A stretch of 64,000 nt of DNA from Lingula anatina (GCA_051362555.1 CM120641.1:32742401-32806400), one strand, 5' to 3'. Counted from the stretch's first letter, positions 13,992 to 27,786 are shown. Numbers and translations: made by a program. Notes: generated by a model not told the origin, from the letters alone.

Positions 13992-14536
13992 ATGAGGTGC
14001 ATCTGGCAAGGTGCATACTTAATATAAGGATCCCATGTGTCAGATTTCTGTGGACTTATAGCTTGCATTTTTATTTTTAAAGGAATTTCAATTGAATTTT
14101 ATCAGTCACGTAACAAAATTCGTTATTTGCCAAAATCAAGAAAAATGTTCTTAAAAATATAATTCTTAAAAATTCTAATCAGAGGGGATTATGTGGTATT
14201 ATGCAGATGTGAACTAAGAATATACATTAGTCTGAGATATATTTTGCACAAGATTACTAAGAATGCATATATAAATGTCATATATAATTTTATAAGATAC
14301 TGGTACAATGGGAATCAACTGACATAGCCTAAAATGAAACATTTATCACTGTGTGATTTCATACAAGACTATATTAAGTCTGAGAATCCATGTGAGTTGG
14401 GGTTTTAACTCTTTACCAATAAGTGTCTCTCTGCTTCACGAGTCCTTCTAGAAAGTAATACAGAAGAGACATCAGCAACATGGTGAATTCATATCTTTAC
14501 GCAATAGACTAGAATTTGACAGAACCAGAGAGTAAT

Positions 14537-14575
<39 letters not shown>

Positions 14576-16568
14576 TACATATATATACAAATTTTGCCAG
14601 CTTTTGCATGTTGCCATATATCACAATCAAAAGAGTACAGTTATTTTTGCCCACACTCTCCTCTAAATCCTGCAAAAGCTCACTCAATTTTATGCTAAGT
14701 TGCAAGACTTTGGGCCATCTCAGATTATTTCTATTGATTGAAACATGATGACAGCAAGACACTGGAAACTATTTTTAGGGTAATATTTTTTGGTGAAGGT
14801 CGAGTGGCATCAGATCCAAAGATTCTACAAGCTATTCACAACTTTGCCATTAGCTCTCACGGTTCTTATACTTGTAGCATAGGCAACTATTGTTCCCATT
14901 ACGCATAAAAAAGATTTAAAGAATTTATATAAAAGAGATATTTTAGATTGTATATTTTTTGCCAAATATTTGCTTTGCTTCCTTTTGGTGTGTGGATGGA
15001 GGAATATAATTAAAAATAATTATGCATAGAAAAAAAACTGAATTGGATACTTTATTGGAATTATTAATGGCCAAATGTATGTACTATTTCAGAAGTACTT
15101 ATAGTATATTCTATTGATATTATTGAAGTGATTAGCCAGTTTTAACTACCCAGAGCAATATTGGAAATTTAAATGCCGTCAGTCATAATTTAGACGCACC
15201 CTTTCATACCAATTGTTCAAAGATCACAATAAATCTATATACATGTCGAATTAAATTACTTATGTCTTACTGTTATGAAGTTGAAAGAAATCTTTTACAC
15301 GCAGGCACTGCACATGGAAGTCTAAGAATTCAATTATGTATTAAAGGTGCTTTCTACAGGATTTTCTGGATACAAAATGGTTTTTAGAAAACTACTAAAC
15401 TTGACTCAAATTTATTTTAGACACCTGAAAAATCAAATACAGGTCATTGCAGAAGAAGGAACATTAGGTTTTCATTTCACAGTGCAATTACATGTATACA
15501 TTAACTATTGGGTTATTATAAAGTCCTGTAAAAAAAATTGGGAACAATCTAAAATATTTCTTTCCAAAGCAAAAAAAAAAAAAGTCAAGTTGCAGGATTC
15601 TACCCTGGAACTCGCTTCATCGGTCTGGTGATGTGGCTGCTGAACATTGGACTATTTATTTATTTATTACTAAAACCACCTTAAAAGATGAGTAAAAAAA
15701 ATTAATATATGTCTAAAATAATACAATAAAAACAGTAATTAAAACGATTTTAAGAGCAGTCCCGCCAGCACATATTCTTTTGAGAGTCTGTTCTGATAGC
15801 TGGGGCTGTTTACCAAAAATCTCAGCGTATCAACCAGTCCTGCCGGTGCATGCAGGTCCGGGCCAGCATTCCGGATCCCCGACCCACTCAGACATAAGAT
15901 CGGATTCATACCGTAGGAAACAATCCTCTGGAGCAACGACCCCTGCACTATGGAACGATTAAGCATAAAATGAGACAGCTGATGAATGGTTGACAGTTGG
16001 CTGTCAATAACGTCTTTTTGCTCAAAGCAAGAATCGATGCCATTGGTTCATCACTTAAAGAGCTAACCCTCTTTTTTTATTTCTCACCCTGATCAAACAT
16101 GTATCCTGGAATCCCTTAATATGGATCATTTGACGAGTAAACAACAAGCACAACTACTTTTTAGTAATCATCTTTATTGGATGTTATTTTTAACCACTAA
16201 GTGACACACAACAAAACAAAAAGTGAATTAGTGATATTTATGAATTGAAACTTTTCTGATTCAATTACCTAGAACAATTTAGAGGCTGAGGAATAGTTTT
16301 TGTACTACAGAATGTAATAATTTATTCTTATTTAGGAGTGTTCAGTTTCATGTCAATTTTTTCTCCATTCAAATAGCTTGAAGTGTTAAAACAATCTTCC
16401 ACCTCAAAGGTGCGATAGAATGTTTGTAAACTGTGCTGTAATCCATCACATGTACATCTTCAATCAATCTGTAAGATCTGAAAAGACGAAAGGCATATTT
16501 CAAGAAACTATACTGACAGTAGGTAATAAGCGGGAATGAGAAAGTGCCATGTTCTTTCATATCTACTA

Positions 16569-16997
16569 CCCTCTACCAGGGCCACAGATTTACTTTTCAC
16601 AGGATATTCAAAGATATGTCTTAAGATAAATAGACAGTCATTTTACTATCTCTGACCCTGTAATGAAATCTCTAGGTTGATTACATGGCTGGTAATTGTT
16701 TGCATTACTGCTCAGGCACTGGCATTTAACAGACCCAGGCTAAGTCCCTTTGACAGCAATCAAGACAGTTAATTGCTGATTTAAATCACTTGCTCTTTTG
16801 TGACAGATAAAAAAAGCCCTTTCTGAAACGCTTGTTAGTACATTTTGAAGTTAAATGAGGAATCTCCTTAGTAGCTCCCTAAATAGCTGGTACAATGCCA
16901 CATGAGCGCGGGCAGATTCAACTGCTTCCAACTGGCCAAAAGTCACAGGGTGGATTTTCCCATTTTTCCCTATATAATCTGCCACCCTGGTAGAGGG
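16569..16997 (+). mobile_element. MITE with CCCTCTACCAGGG terminal inverted repeats, copy 1
   Basis: TIRs visible at both ends, TA on the left flank; homologous inverted copy at 17068-17475. Confidence 0.8.
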
Positions 16998-17067
16998 AAC
17001 ATATCTACTACGTGTGCTAATACATGAAAGATGTTGACTGTAAAATGCCATTCAAACAACACACCTA

Positions 17068-17475
17068 CCCTCTACCAGGGTGGCAGATGTCATAGGCAAA
17101 TTTTCAAAAAGCCACCCTGTAACTTTTGGCCAGATAGAAGCAATTAAATCTGCATGCCCACAGATGGCATCGCATCCGCTCTGTAGAGTGCTACTACTGG
17201 AGATTACTCAGTTCAACCTGAAATAACAAGCTATTCAGAAGGGGCTATTTTTATCTGTCGCAAAAGAGCAAGTGATTAAAATCAGAGCAATTAACTGTCT
17301 TGATTTCTGTCAAGGGGACTTGGCTTGGGCATGTTAAGGGGCAGTGCCTGAGCAGTTGTGTCATGTAATCATCCTTGAGATTTCATTACAGGGTGATAGA
17401 GAACCAAATAACCATCTATTTAACTAAAGACATATCTGTGAAAATCTTGTATCAATCTGTTGCCCTGGTAGAGGG
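17068..17475 (-). mobile_element. MITE with CCCTCTACCAGGG terminal inverted repeats, copy 2 (inverted)
   Basis: TA-CCCTCTACCAGGG...CCCTGGTAGAGGG-TA; body is the reverse complement of copy 1. Confidence 0.8.
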
Positions 17476-17938
17476 TACAACACATCCACAAGGTCTCTCA
17501 AATATTTTTTCAACCATTTATCTCTGCAAGTTGCACATTGCTGTCCAGCATAAAGCTAACCATCTGTTGTCAATAGCAGTTGGAATATAAGGAGAGATCC
17601 ATCTGCTTGTCTACCAGTTATGCTGCTGTGAAATAATACATCCCAAGTAGACCAATTGACTTTCATCAATATCATTCAAGATGCAGGGCATGGGTAGATT
17701 CCTGCTCAAAAATATACTGTTGAATTTCTGTTCCTAGAGCACTTGGGCCAAGCCATTTCCATTCCATACCCTATTTTGTACAAGTTTATTTTTGGAAAGA
17801 AACAAATTTCAACATGCTTCTTACATTCAGAAGTCCCTTATGACTGTCTTCAACTGATGTATGATTTTACGGTAGCAGAACTGGTAAAAAAAATCTTTTC
17901 AGCAGCATGCGACTTGAAGAGGTGAAAGATGATTATAA

Positions 17939-18235
17939 GGCCGCATTCACATCGAGTTGAGCCATGGCTCTACAAAGCCACAACCTAAATATGGCGGACG
18001 TACATGAAAGGAAAACCGCCTAATCTTTTAATAGTCTCCCCGCCTCTCACAAGCCTCCCCATGTGTCGTCCCAATGGAGCTGAGATGATTGTACCCCCGC
18101 AGGGACGACGCATGGGGAGGCGTGTGAGAGGCAGGGAGACTATTAAAAGATTAGGCGGTTTTCTTTTCATGTACGTCCGCCATATTTAGGTCGTGGCTTT
18201 GTAGAGCCATGGCTCAACTCGATGTGAATGCGGCC
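17939..18235. mobile_element. Near-perfect foldback MITE, PIF/Harbinger-like
   Basis: GGCCGCATTCACA...TGTGAATGCGGCC, arms about 135 bp, TAA target-site duplication on both sides; explains the mirror-image ORFs at 17985-18189. Confidence 0.88.
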
Positions 18236-18259
18236 TAATAAAAAGATTGGAAAGCCATA

Positions 18260-18500
18260 GGGATCATTCCCACAGATATTTGGATCAATCTATCTCCCTG
18301 AGGAGTCTCACTAAATTGCTATCAGATTTACCAGCTTAAATGTCTGTCGCGCCTAGTAAAGCTGTTAGGGAGTAATTATCCCCTAGCTGAATCGGTAGGC
18401 GTGACAGACATTTAAGCTGGTTAAGTTGACAGTATTTAGTGAGACTCCCCAGGGAGATAGATCGATCCAGATGGATCAAACTAGGGATGAGAACCCAGTC
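18260..18500. mobile_element. About 230-bp Harbinger-like MITE family, copy 1 of 4
   Basis: Shared body with 36039-36263, 54934-55182, 60929-61154; 3-bp TSD ATA here. Confidence 0.75.
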
Positions 18501-18764
18501 ATAGTATCAGGCCAAATGTGTTGGCTGAATGGCATTTGTATTAATATTTTTCATGTGTAAATAAGTATAGTACATATCAAAAACCTAAATAAAAGTATTT
18601 AGGCATTATTCATTCTGCAAATCTAAATTAAACAAAAATACTGAGGCTCTTTAAATTCAATGATTCAAAAACCCTATAAAAATTAACTCTACTTTGTAAA
18701 GCAAAACATTGTATGTTTATTTTCACAACATTTTAAATAAATCAATAAAGTTATGTTCTCACTA

Positions 18765-19794
18765 TCACTCCTCTTCTTCCAAATGGGTTAAATAAGTGTA
18801 GTGTAAATAAAAATTGGTAAGATTCAACCCAGATGAAACTGTCAAAATCAAACCAGCAGCAAACTTCCACTTGCTTATTTCTCTCATAGGTAACATTTGT
18901 GACTGAAGAGAAAATTTGTTTGAATTAGAAACTAAATAAATGAGGTGCACAGCACCTATTTAAACTACTTAAGTCAAAAACACAGCGTTTTTGTAGCACC
19001 CCCATCCCAACCATATAAATCTAATATAATTCAATATCTTTTCTGACTAAATTTGTGTGATGACTGAACAATGTCTCTGCTACTCAAAAATTTGTTTGGC
19101 AATCAATTTACTAATTTAAAGATTTTTTCACATAAAACTTTATATCTTTAAAATACCATAAGTGCCAAGGTTATCGCTACTTAAGGTAAAAACTTGCTGT
19201 AATCTCATGGGTTTAAGAACTGGAAAGTTTATTTTAAAAAGATAATAGTAAATTTCCAAACTAATTTCGTTGAAAAGCAGAGACACTGACCAAAGTAATG
19301 CTAAACTGAATTTGGAATAGCACTAAAAATTAGATAATCACAGGGTGGGGGGAATACTGCAAAATTACTAAAAACGCCTCGGTCAGTTCGGGCAAGGAAT
19401 ACGTGACAAACAGAATAATGCATTTTATTTCACACATCGCATATCAACAGCTATTTACTAATACAACGAAATAAAAAGATCGTACACGTACGCCAATACA
19501 ATAAGGTTTTATGCTTTTAAAAGATAAAAAATACAATTAGGAGAGTGAAAAATGTCAGCTAAGTGAACAACTAGAGTCTACGTTTAATACATGTAAAACT
19601 TCTAACTTATATTATATTCCTCTTACTTTCATTTATTCACTACTTACAGAATCAGTCCATCCAGGATTTGCTTCATCGTATCTCCTAAACTTTTTATCTT
19701 TTACGGGATTCATTACCTTGTTACCTCGCGTGGGCACTCTTAGTACTTTCATGTAATTTGTACCAATTCTCCTTGCAAGCGCTAGGGTCGCCAT
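18765..19794 (-). CDS. Small predicted mitochondrial single-pass membrane protein, paralog A (94 aa)
   Basis: Exons 19794-19648 (MATLALARRIGTNYMKVLRVPTRGNK...GWTDS, GTAAGT donor) and 18902-18765 (ttcag acceptor; SQMLPMREISKWKFAAGLILTVSSGLNL...EEEE*). Same structure and intron phase as paralog B; AATAAA motifs downstream not verified as used. Confidence 0.72.
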
Positions 19795-20319
19795 TTTGAG
19801 CACACACTGAGAAGATCCCGTATGTAACAAACTGGGCCACATTACGAAACTAGGTCACGCGGCTGACCTTGAGATGTTACAACTTCTTGTAATTGTTAGT
19901 TGATTAACTGAGAAAGAAGTACACCGTTTTGTATTTTTATATTATCATGAGAGATTTGAAAAATAAATCAAATCTTTTCGTTTACAAATATTGCCCAAAA
20001 ATTATAATTTTTTAAAAAGATAAATTTAAAATTTACAAAACTAAACCCAAAAGAATCTAATCTGTTTTCACATGTTCAAAATGTGTACTGTACATGTAGT
20101 ACTGTAGTGACTCGGTCATGATATATTAAGTTGGCATATTGACATCTTTATAAACATTTAAATGTAACTGAAGGGGCTTTACGTCATGGCTTAAACGTAG
20201 GTACCTCAGAAAAACGCCCGAATAAAAAAGATTATTGTAAAAGCACTTAAAAGTGTATTAGATAACAGGGTTTTCTGTTATAACCTTGGTTATAACAACT
20301 GAAAAACCGTGCTTTCATG

Positions 20320-20787
20320 GGGTGTGACTGAAATGCGCAATACACTGCAATACAGCACAACACAGCGCAAATATATGTATACACTTGATAACACAAGTCC
20401 AGTTGCAAGTAAACACAGGAAAGGGTAATCTCAAGTAAAATAGGGTAATATAAAAGCAAAGTATAGTACATAGTAATTAATATTGCTGATACAACTTTTT
20501 CATTGTTTGGTCAGCCGCCATGTTGGCGAGTAGCTCTTCTTGGCCAGTAATATATCCAAGAAGAGCCACTCGCCAACATGGCTGCCAATCGGACAATATA
20601 AAAGTCTTGTTGACTTATTAAGTTATATCAACGATATTACTTACCTAGTTATATAATTGTTTTTATATCACCCTACTTTGCTGGTAATAGTCATTTCTTT
20701 TGTGTAATTGCAACTGGATTTGATTTTTGAAGTTTATTGCACTGTGTTGCGCTGTATTGTGGTGTATTGCGCAATTCAGTCACACCG
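20320..20787. mobile_element. Foldback DNA element with 8-9 bp TSD (Merlin/Mutator-like)
   Basis: GGGTGTGACTGAA...TTCAGTCACACC termini, arms complementary up to a short central loop near 20545-20555, flanking direct repeat (G)CTTTCATG. Confidence 0.8.
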
Positions 20788-21341
20788 CTTTCATGTGTAG
20801 TTTGACATTTAATTCTGACATAATTTTTGTACCACAAATAATAAAAGTTCATAATGCTTCTTTATATCCTTAACTTAGAGAAGAATTTTATCAGCTGTGT
20901 TATCGTTATAAGAATTAAGTAATTTTTCTTCAGTCAACAGCTTAATATTAAAATAGTTTTTACCTTCAATATTTCAATGCCCAATTTTTGTCCTGAGTGA
21001 AAATATCACTCAAGTCTTATTTAGTTATCAAAACCTGACAAGGCAGCAAAGATGGCAAATGTACAGGCAAAAAGCAGAAAATAATAATGCACAAAATATA
21101 TAGCTAGGATACTCAATTCTGATGCAATAATACGTTCGTTATGCTTAACTGCACAGTCAACATCATTTTAATCATGCACAACAGGTAATACTGATGAAAG
21201 TAAAAGCATAAAGCTTCAGTCCCATGAGAGTTCAAGTTAACACTCAGAAAATCTGTGAAAGTGAATAATGAAAATTTCACAAAAAATGCATATATATAAA
21301 TTTAAAATAAAGTGATAATCCAATAGAGCTGATTTTCTCAT

Positions 21342-21499
21342 GGGGCTGTAGCGATAGTCCGAAGGTTCAATAGTCCGAAGGTTCATTGGTCCGAATGTTC
21401 ACTATAGAACCTTCGGACCAATGAACCCTTGATTAAAAAATTCATGAAAATGTTACCACTTTTTGGACCAATGAACCTTCGGACTATCGAAACGCCCCC
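21342..21499. mobile_element. Small Mutator-like MITE with 15-bp subterminal tandem repeats
   Basis: GGGGC...CGATAGTCCGAAGGTTC repeats inverted at the other end; 9-bp TSD TTTTCTCAT at 21333-21341 and 21500-21508. Confidence 0.8.
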
Positions 21500-22091
21500 T
21501 TTTCTCATTTGAGCTGAATGTCAATCCTAAGAATCATTCTTGTAAGTTAAAAACAAGGCAGCAAAGCTGTCAAATGTACAGACAAAAAACAGAAAATAAA
21601 GTTGCAAAATAGGCCATTTTGTCAATTTTGATGCAATAATAAATAATGCTTATAATAGCACTGTCAGTCAACACTGAATTTTAATCATACACAACAGGTA
21701 CCATGGTCAATAACAGGAGCGAACCCAGAGATATTTTCTGACAGTATTCCAAAGTATCTATGTTGATCCATCCCCCATTTTTATGGTCTTCCAACAGAAA
21801 AAAAATAGATACCAGTCAATATAAACTTAATAACCTGACCGTCTTCCGGAAGACCCAGAAGATGGTCTCAATCCACCCCATCAATAAGATTACAGTTTCA
21901 GGACCATGAATTCACATGATGAAAGTCTCAATTATTGAAAAATGATGACAGTGCATAAAATAATATTACATAATGTTTAAAGACATAAAAAAACAATACA
22001 ACTGCTTATGTGGAAATACAGAGCCTCAGGCGGATGAGACTTAAAAGTCACAAATGCCAGTGTTTGAAAATTAAAAAGGAAAACATAACAA

Positions 22092-22313
22092 AACTAGAAA
22101 AGCACTCTGAGAGCGCAGACCACTGCCAAGACAGCAATTGTTGATTATTATTGATTGATTATTGATCCGGACCACCACCAAAAACTAATCATTGTCCTCC
22201 TTGCCCACTTCTGACAGTTCCTGAAAATTTCATCAAAATCGGTCCGTAACTTTTTGAGTTATGTTGATGACAGACAAACAGGGGTGAAAATATAACCTCC
22301 TTGGCAGAGGTAA
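22092..22313 (+). mobile_element. Helentron-associated non-autonomous element (HINE), copy 2
   Basis: Aligns along its length with 7598-7872. Confidence 0.75.
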
Positions 22314-22368
22314 ATATAATTCCAATGAAGCTGCTATTCAAACTTTTAATCTTTGAGTTTGATAATAA

Positions 22369-22376
<8 letters not shown>

Positions 22377-22428
<52 letters not shown>
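22377..22428. repeat. (AT)n microsatellite
   Basis: Directly visible; others at about 14539-14587 (AT), 46596-46645 (CA), 53092-53132 (CT). Confidence 0.95.
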
Positions 22429-22429
<1 letters not shown>

Positions 22430-25400
22430 CTTATTTGCAATATTAAACAAAATTTACCTGCATAATTATCACTGCTTACTTATTATTAATCTAGCAGAGA
22501 GCTTAACCTTTGGGAGTTTACAGGGAAATATCAACAAGTGTGCTTTATGTAATCTCATTTAATGGCCTATTAATGACTTTATAACTCTGAACTTAGCTAA
22601 GTGATACCCAAGGGAAATTTACAGACTGACCCTCTCAAAGATCTTTCAGGCCCATAAGTCACATCTTAAGAAAAGCACATAACAATAATGCACAAAATAG
22701 GAGACTACCAATTCTGATGCAATAATACATTATGTTTAACTGCACAGTCAACATCAAATTTTAATTATGCACAACAGGTAACACCAACGCAAGTAAAAGC
22801 ATAAGGCTTCAGGCCCATCAGAGTTCAAGTTTATACTTTGAAAGTGCCAGAATGAGAAAAATGAAAATTTCACACAAAATTGCATGAATTCAATGATAAA
22901 AGATAACCCAATTGAGCTGGCTTTCTAATTTGAACTGCATGCCAATCCTAAAAATCATACTTGTAAGTTAAAAATAATAATAAGTAACACAGTTTTCTTT
23001 TCATAATGTTTGCAGTAGCACTGCAAAAAGATTTTTGTCAATTTTGATGTAACATTACATAATAAATTATATAATAATTATCACCAATTTTTGATTATTG
23101 ACTTTAAATAGCATGGGCATTTAGAAAATTTGATTACTATTCGGCTTCATGTCCATGGGAGCTCCGAGTCCCACAATGAATGTGCCAACACGATAATAAT
23201 GAATTTTTCACTAAAATGTATAACTTCCAGAAAAAGAAACCAATTAGACTGCTTTTCCAACTCAGGCTGCATTTTAGTCCTGTGTTTCTTTTTTGAAAGT
23301 TTGACAGTCATAAGTAACACGGTTTTCCCATAATGGCCATCATGGCAGCAGCACCAAAATTGTGTTTTCTTCTATTTTGATGCAACATTACATAATGCTT
23401 AACAGCATAATGACCATCAATTTTTAATAATAATATATACGTATCATGGATTTTCAGAAAATGTGACTAGCATGGGTCTTCAAGCCCGTGGAGGTTCTAA
23501 GTCACACCTTGAAAATGCCAATATGTGAAAAATGAAATTTTCACAAAAAACTGTTTAACTGCCAAAAAAATTTACCAAACAGACTACATTTCCTACTGAA
23601 GCTGTATTTTAGTCCCATGTTTCTTTCCTGTAAGTTTGAGAACAGTAAGTGACATGATTTTCCTTAAGTGCTCATTTTGGGAGCAGTGCCCAAAATAGGG
23701 GTTTCTTCAAATTTTAATGTAACATTACATAATGTTTAACAGCATAATGACCATCAATTTTTAATAATAGAATATTAGTAACATGGACATTCAGAAAATG
23801 TTACAAGCAAAGGTCTTCAGGATCATAGAACTTCAAAGTCACATCTTGAAAATGCCAAAATGCAAACAAGACAGCACTTTTCTGAAATGGGTTTATTTCC
23901 ATTTTTAACACTTTTTAAACATAAAACAAAATTAACAGTTTACTGCCATTTTTATATGACCAACTAAGAAAATTGATGAGATGGGAAAAATATCAACAGA
24001 ACAGTATTAAATGTCCAATTTCCTCCATTCTGAGATTCTGAACATAGTGGAGGATTGAATCTGACAAACTGCAATGATATGTGTTTATTTCCATTTTTGA
24101 CACTTCATTACACAATACATGATAGCAAGTTTACCATCATTTTTACACAATCAACTAACAATGTTGTAAAGATGCAGGAAATGTCAAACAAACACTTTTA
24201 CCTATCTTATTAATTCAATAATGAGACTGTTAACATGCCTAAGAATTGAATCTGAGGAAATGTGAAAAAACAGCATAACTTCTAAAATAATGGCCGGATT
24301 ATGCTTATTTTTGAACTCAACCTGCGTTTTAGTAAGATTGACCACTCCTGTGAGTACAACAACAATTGACCCATCTGTTTTTCTTATATTGTGTTATCAG
24401 TGTTGCATATATGCTGAAAAAAGTGAAAAAACAGCATAACTTCCATAAAAGTGGCCCAATCAAGCTGATTTTCGAACTTGACCTGCGTTTTATGAATATT
24501 CATCAGTTCTGTAAGTTTCAAGCCAAAAAATAAAGCGGTTTTTCACTTATCGTGTTATCGGTGCTGCATATATGCTGAAAAAAGTGAAAAAACAGCATAA
24601 CTTCCCTAAAAGTGACTCGATCATGCTGATTTTCGAACTTGACCTGCGTATTATGAATAAGTTTCAAGCTGAAAGAAAAAATGGTTTTCCACTTATCGTG
24701 TTATCGGTAAAAGTGCACGGCGACGACGACGACAGACGCAGGTGATGGCTATATGTACAGACACATCTAACCCTTACCTCTTACCAAATCTCTTACCCTA
24801 GGGGTCTAAATCCTCGTGACGCTGTGTAAAGCCATTTTCCGTCTATTCAATTTGATCTTTAAAGATGCATACAAAGTCAATTTTTTGTCACAAAAACCAA
24901 CCAAATGCCAGCATGTAGTTTCAAGTAGTATATAACTAAGAGTCTATAGCTCTTTTATGGCTGATCGAGTGATATATTCAGTTTATCCCTTGGCATGTTG
25001 AATTTATTTGAGTCGTATAAGAAACTAGTAGAAGTGGTTAAGATGTGTTACAAGGAATCCACACTCCACAGATGCTCGGTTTGTAACTTTAACTAGCATT
25101 TAATTATGGTTATCCCAAGTGTATAAAACGACTGCATTCGAATGACTTGAGAGTACTGTTGATCATTCCATATGAGGTCCATGTTATTTGTGAAATTCAA
25201 TTCATTTTATTAAACCGTTAAATCATTTTATGAAAACAACAACAATACAACTACTAGTAGATATGATAAAAACACATCAGGCTGACGTTAATCATAGCTC
25301 CGATGCACATATTACGTACATTTATAAGTTGTTTAATTGTGAAACATAGTTAATGGATTACAACTTAATTAGCTTGAAACCACTGTGCTTTAATTGTTTA

Positions 25401-27491
25401 ATAAATTTTTGATGTATTTCTGGCCAATCGTTCTATAGCAAAAACATTTTTAAATTCTTTTAAAAGGAATAAAATGTTATTCATCCTCATTGCAATGTCA
25501 TCTAAAATACATAGTTTACAGGCTCTTAATTTTTATTTGTATGTTTACCTTCCAGTTTCTATAGCTAGATTGTGCATGGGCGTAACTACAATAGGCATAC
25601 GCACGGGTGCACTGTGCACACAGTTTTTTATTTTTTTATTTTTGCCAACCATGATATAATTTTATATAAATTTAGTGTATTTTTCACGGAATATAATCGA
25701 AAATTTTCTGCGAGTTAAGTAGCCTTCAACTCTCCTGTAGCCTTTGTTTTGAGAGTATCGAACGCACTCTCGCTGGCGATATTTATCTCAAGTAAAAACT
25801 CTATCTGTGCGTTATTTTCAAAGATCAGCAGCTCCCGCAGATCTGGGGGCACTAGATAAAATCTGGACACCAGGTTTATAAAGGAGCTAGAGAAACAAAG
25901 GAAGATTTTTTCCTGCAAAGCTTCATAGAAATTTTAACACGGACTTGATCAAGCTTAGACCTCCAAACTAACAGGGTGACATGGGCAGTTTTCACAAACA
26001 AATAATAAAACTCCTTTTAAATAAATATACCATTCAGGGTAAATAAGAATATTGAAACTTTATTAAATCGCTTGCTTCAATAAGAATATTGAAACTTTAT
26101 TAAATAACGAGAATATTTTTGACTTAAATCATGATTTTATTATTAATGGAAATTAAGCTACTGCATGTGGTATATTTGCTGTGATAATGCTGTTGCGTTT
26201 GTCTACTATACATGTTGCTCTTTTTTACACCCAACATTCTTTTAAAAATCTGTATGTGCCTTTCTTATACCCCTTACCAGGTTAAATCTCCATGCATAAT
26301 TGAAAATATACTAACGTACATATCAAAACTACACATTAAAGAAATCATTTTTTAACATGCTGCTAAATGCAAACAATGCTTTTTTACCTTGATCTGCTAC
26401 ATGTTTTGGGGTTTGACAAAACTTACAAATTTGCAAAAAGTTTTGCGTACAGAAGCAGAACTTGCATTTCAAGTTATAAAATGATAAATGTTTTAAATTA
26501 TTTAATATTTCAGTTGAAATAACCTTCAGAAACAAATCCTCAAAGCATAAATGAATTAGGATTACGAACCATATTTTATTACAGCAGTTCCCATTTTCTC
26601 TTTAATATTACCGCTCTTTTTCCAGTTGTTCCTCAACCACGTTTTCTTCCACATAAGTAATGCCTGGGCATACACATGCTTCAAGATACCCTGAGAGCAA
26701 TCACTTTTATTATGTTCGCGAACATCTTTGAACTCAATTGTTAAATATCGATATTTAACGTCATTTAAAAATACCAATAAAATTACCCCATGAAATAAAA
26801 GAGATATATTGAAAAATATTAAAGCCCACCAAGAATCTGACGAGTTGGATACCTGTTATTACCTGACTTGGGAAGTGCAGCGGTGCATAATTAACAGGTT
26901 TGATTGTTAACGAGCTCTTGGTCAACTACAGTGCATTTAGAATGCATCAGCAATAAGTAAGCTTGTCAACTGATGACAGCTAATTTGAAAGACTATCAGC
27001 TTTTGATATGATCTATACAACTTGAGGTGACCATGATCTCAAGCATCACATCTATTATCACTGAAGTTAGTAAATAAGTCACGGAAGACCGTCACAGACA
27101 AAGAAAGAAGATTGTCAACGAGTGCTGCAATTTTGGTGAATCCCACGTCAATACATTGAGGCATACGAAAATTGCTCAAGTCCATTCCACACAACTTTCC
27201 TAAACTTCTCTGTCTGTATGCACCATGCAGCACAGTTAAGTCTCAAAGACCTTTATCCTCATTGTCGTCAGAGTACTACGTGACCCAGATCTGTTGCTTC
27301 ATTTATGCATATTGAGGTGAGGTTCACTTTTTTCTACTAATAGATTGTTTTTATACTTTTGAATTGGTGGGGATTGATTAAAACATGTCTATAGTGTATG
27401 GATTGAGTGCTGAATCTTCAAAATTCGACAAATGGATTTTGATGTGTCTGATATCCTTTAATGACATGGACATTAAGGCTGCGTTCACATG

Positions 27492-27783
27492 TATGATAAG
27501 GTTATTTAGGTGTAAAGCTGAGGGACTGTGGAAGTATTCTATTCACACATACTTGAATGAAGTCAAAAATTGAAGATGTGCTGGCATGCATTAGGTGTGT
27601 GTGAAAGTTATCTTCCAGAGTTTCTCAGTTGAAAGTCAAAGAAATAAACATGAAACAATGTTATTTTGACTAGTAATCTGTAATAAAAATCTAAGTGAAA
27701 TTCAATAAAGCAACTATTCTGATTTTGGAACTGGACGGTATTTGAGTTATCTCTTATAACTACTCCGACATCGCGCATTGATA
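27492..27783 (+). repeat. 5' LTR (292 bp)
   Basis: Identical by eye to 35121-35412; contains AATAAA signals. Confidence 0.95.
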
Positions 27784-27786
27784 AAT

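Larger units (their letters stand above)
21030..24740 (+). repeat. Degenerate internally repeated array ending in a Helentron/HINE-like 3' module
   Basis: Recurring units (AAGGCAGCAAAGCTGTCAAATGTACAG; TCAGAAAATGTGACTAGC...GTCACACCTTGAAAATG), about 150-bp tandem units at 24265-24710 followed by (GAC)n. Confidence 0.6.

Noticed and set aside
13992-15300. SECIS element or UGA-Sec recoding in SELENBP1
   Set aside because: No in-frame TGA in the reconstructed CDS, and SELENBP1 is not a selenocysteine protein
16369-16560. Minus-strand ORF as a further exon of paralog A
   Set aside because: Paralog A already stops at 18765; joining in phase 0 gives an immediate stop
17985-18189. Two near-identical ORFs on opposite strands
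   Set aside because: Artefact of the palindromic MITE
26969-27000. CTGATGA...GAAA hammerhead-like spacing
   Set aside because: Intervening bases do not form stem II and flanking stems are absent
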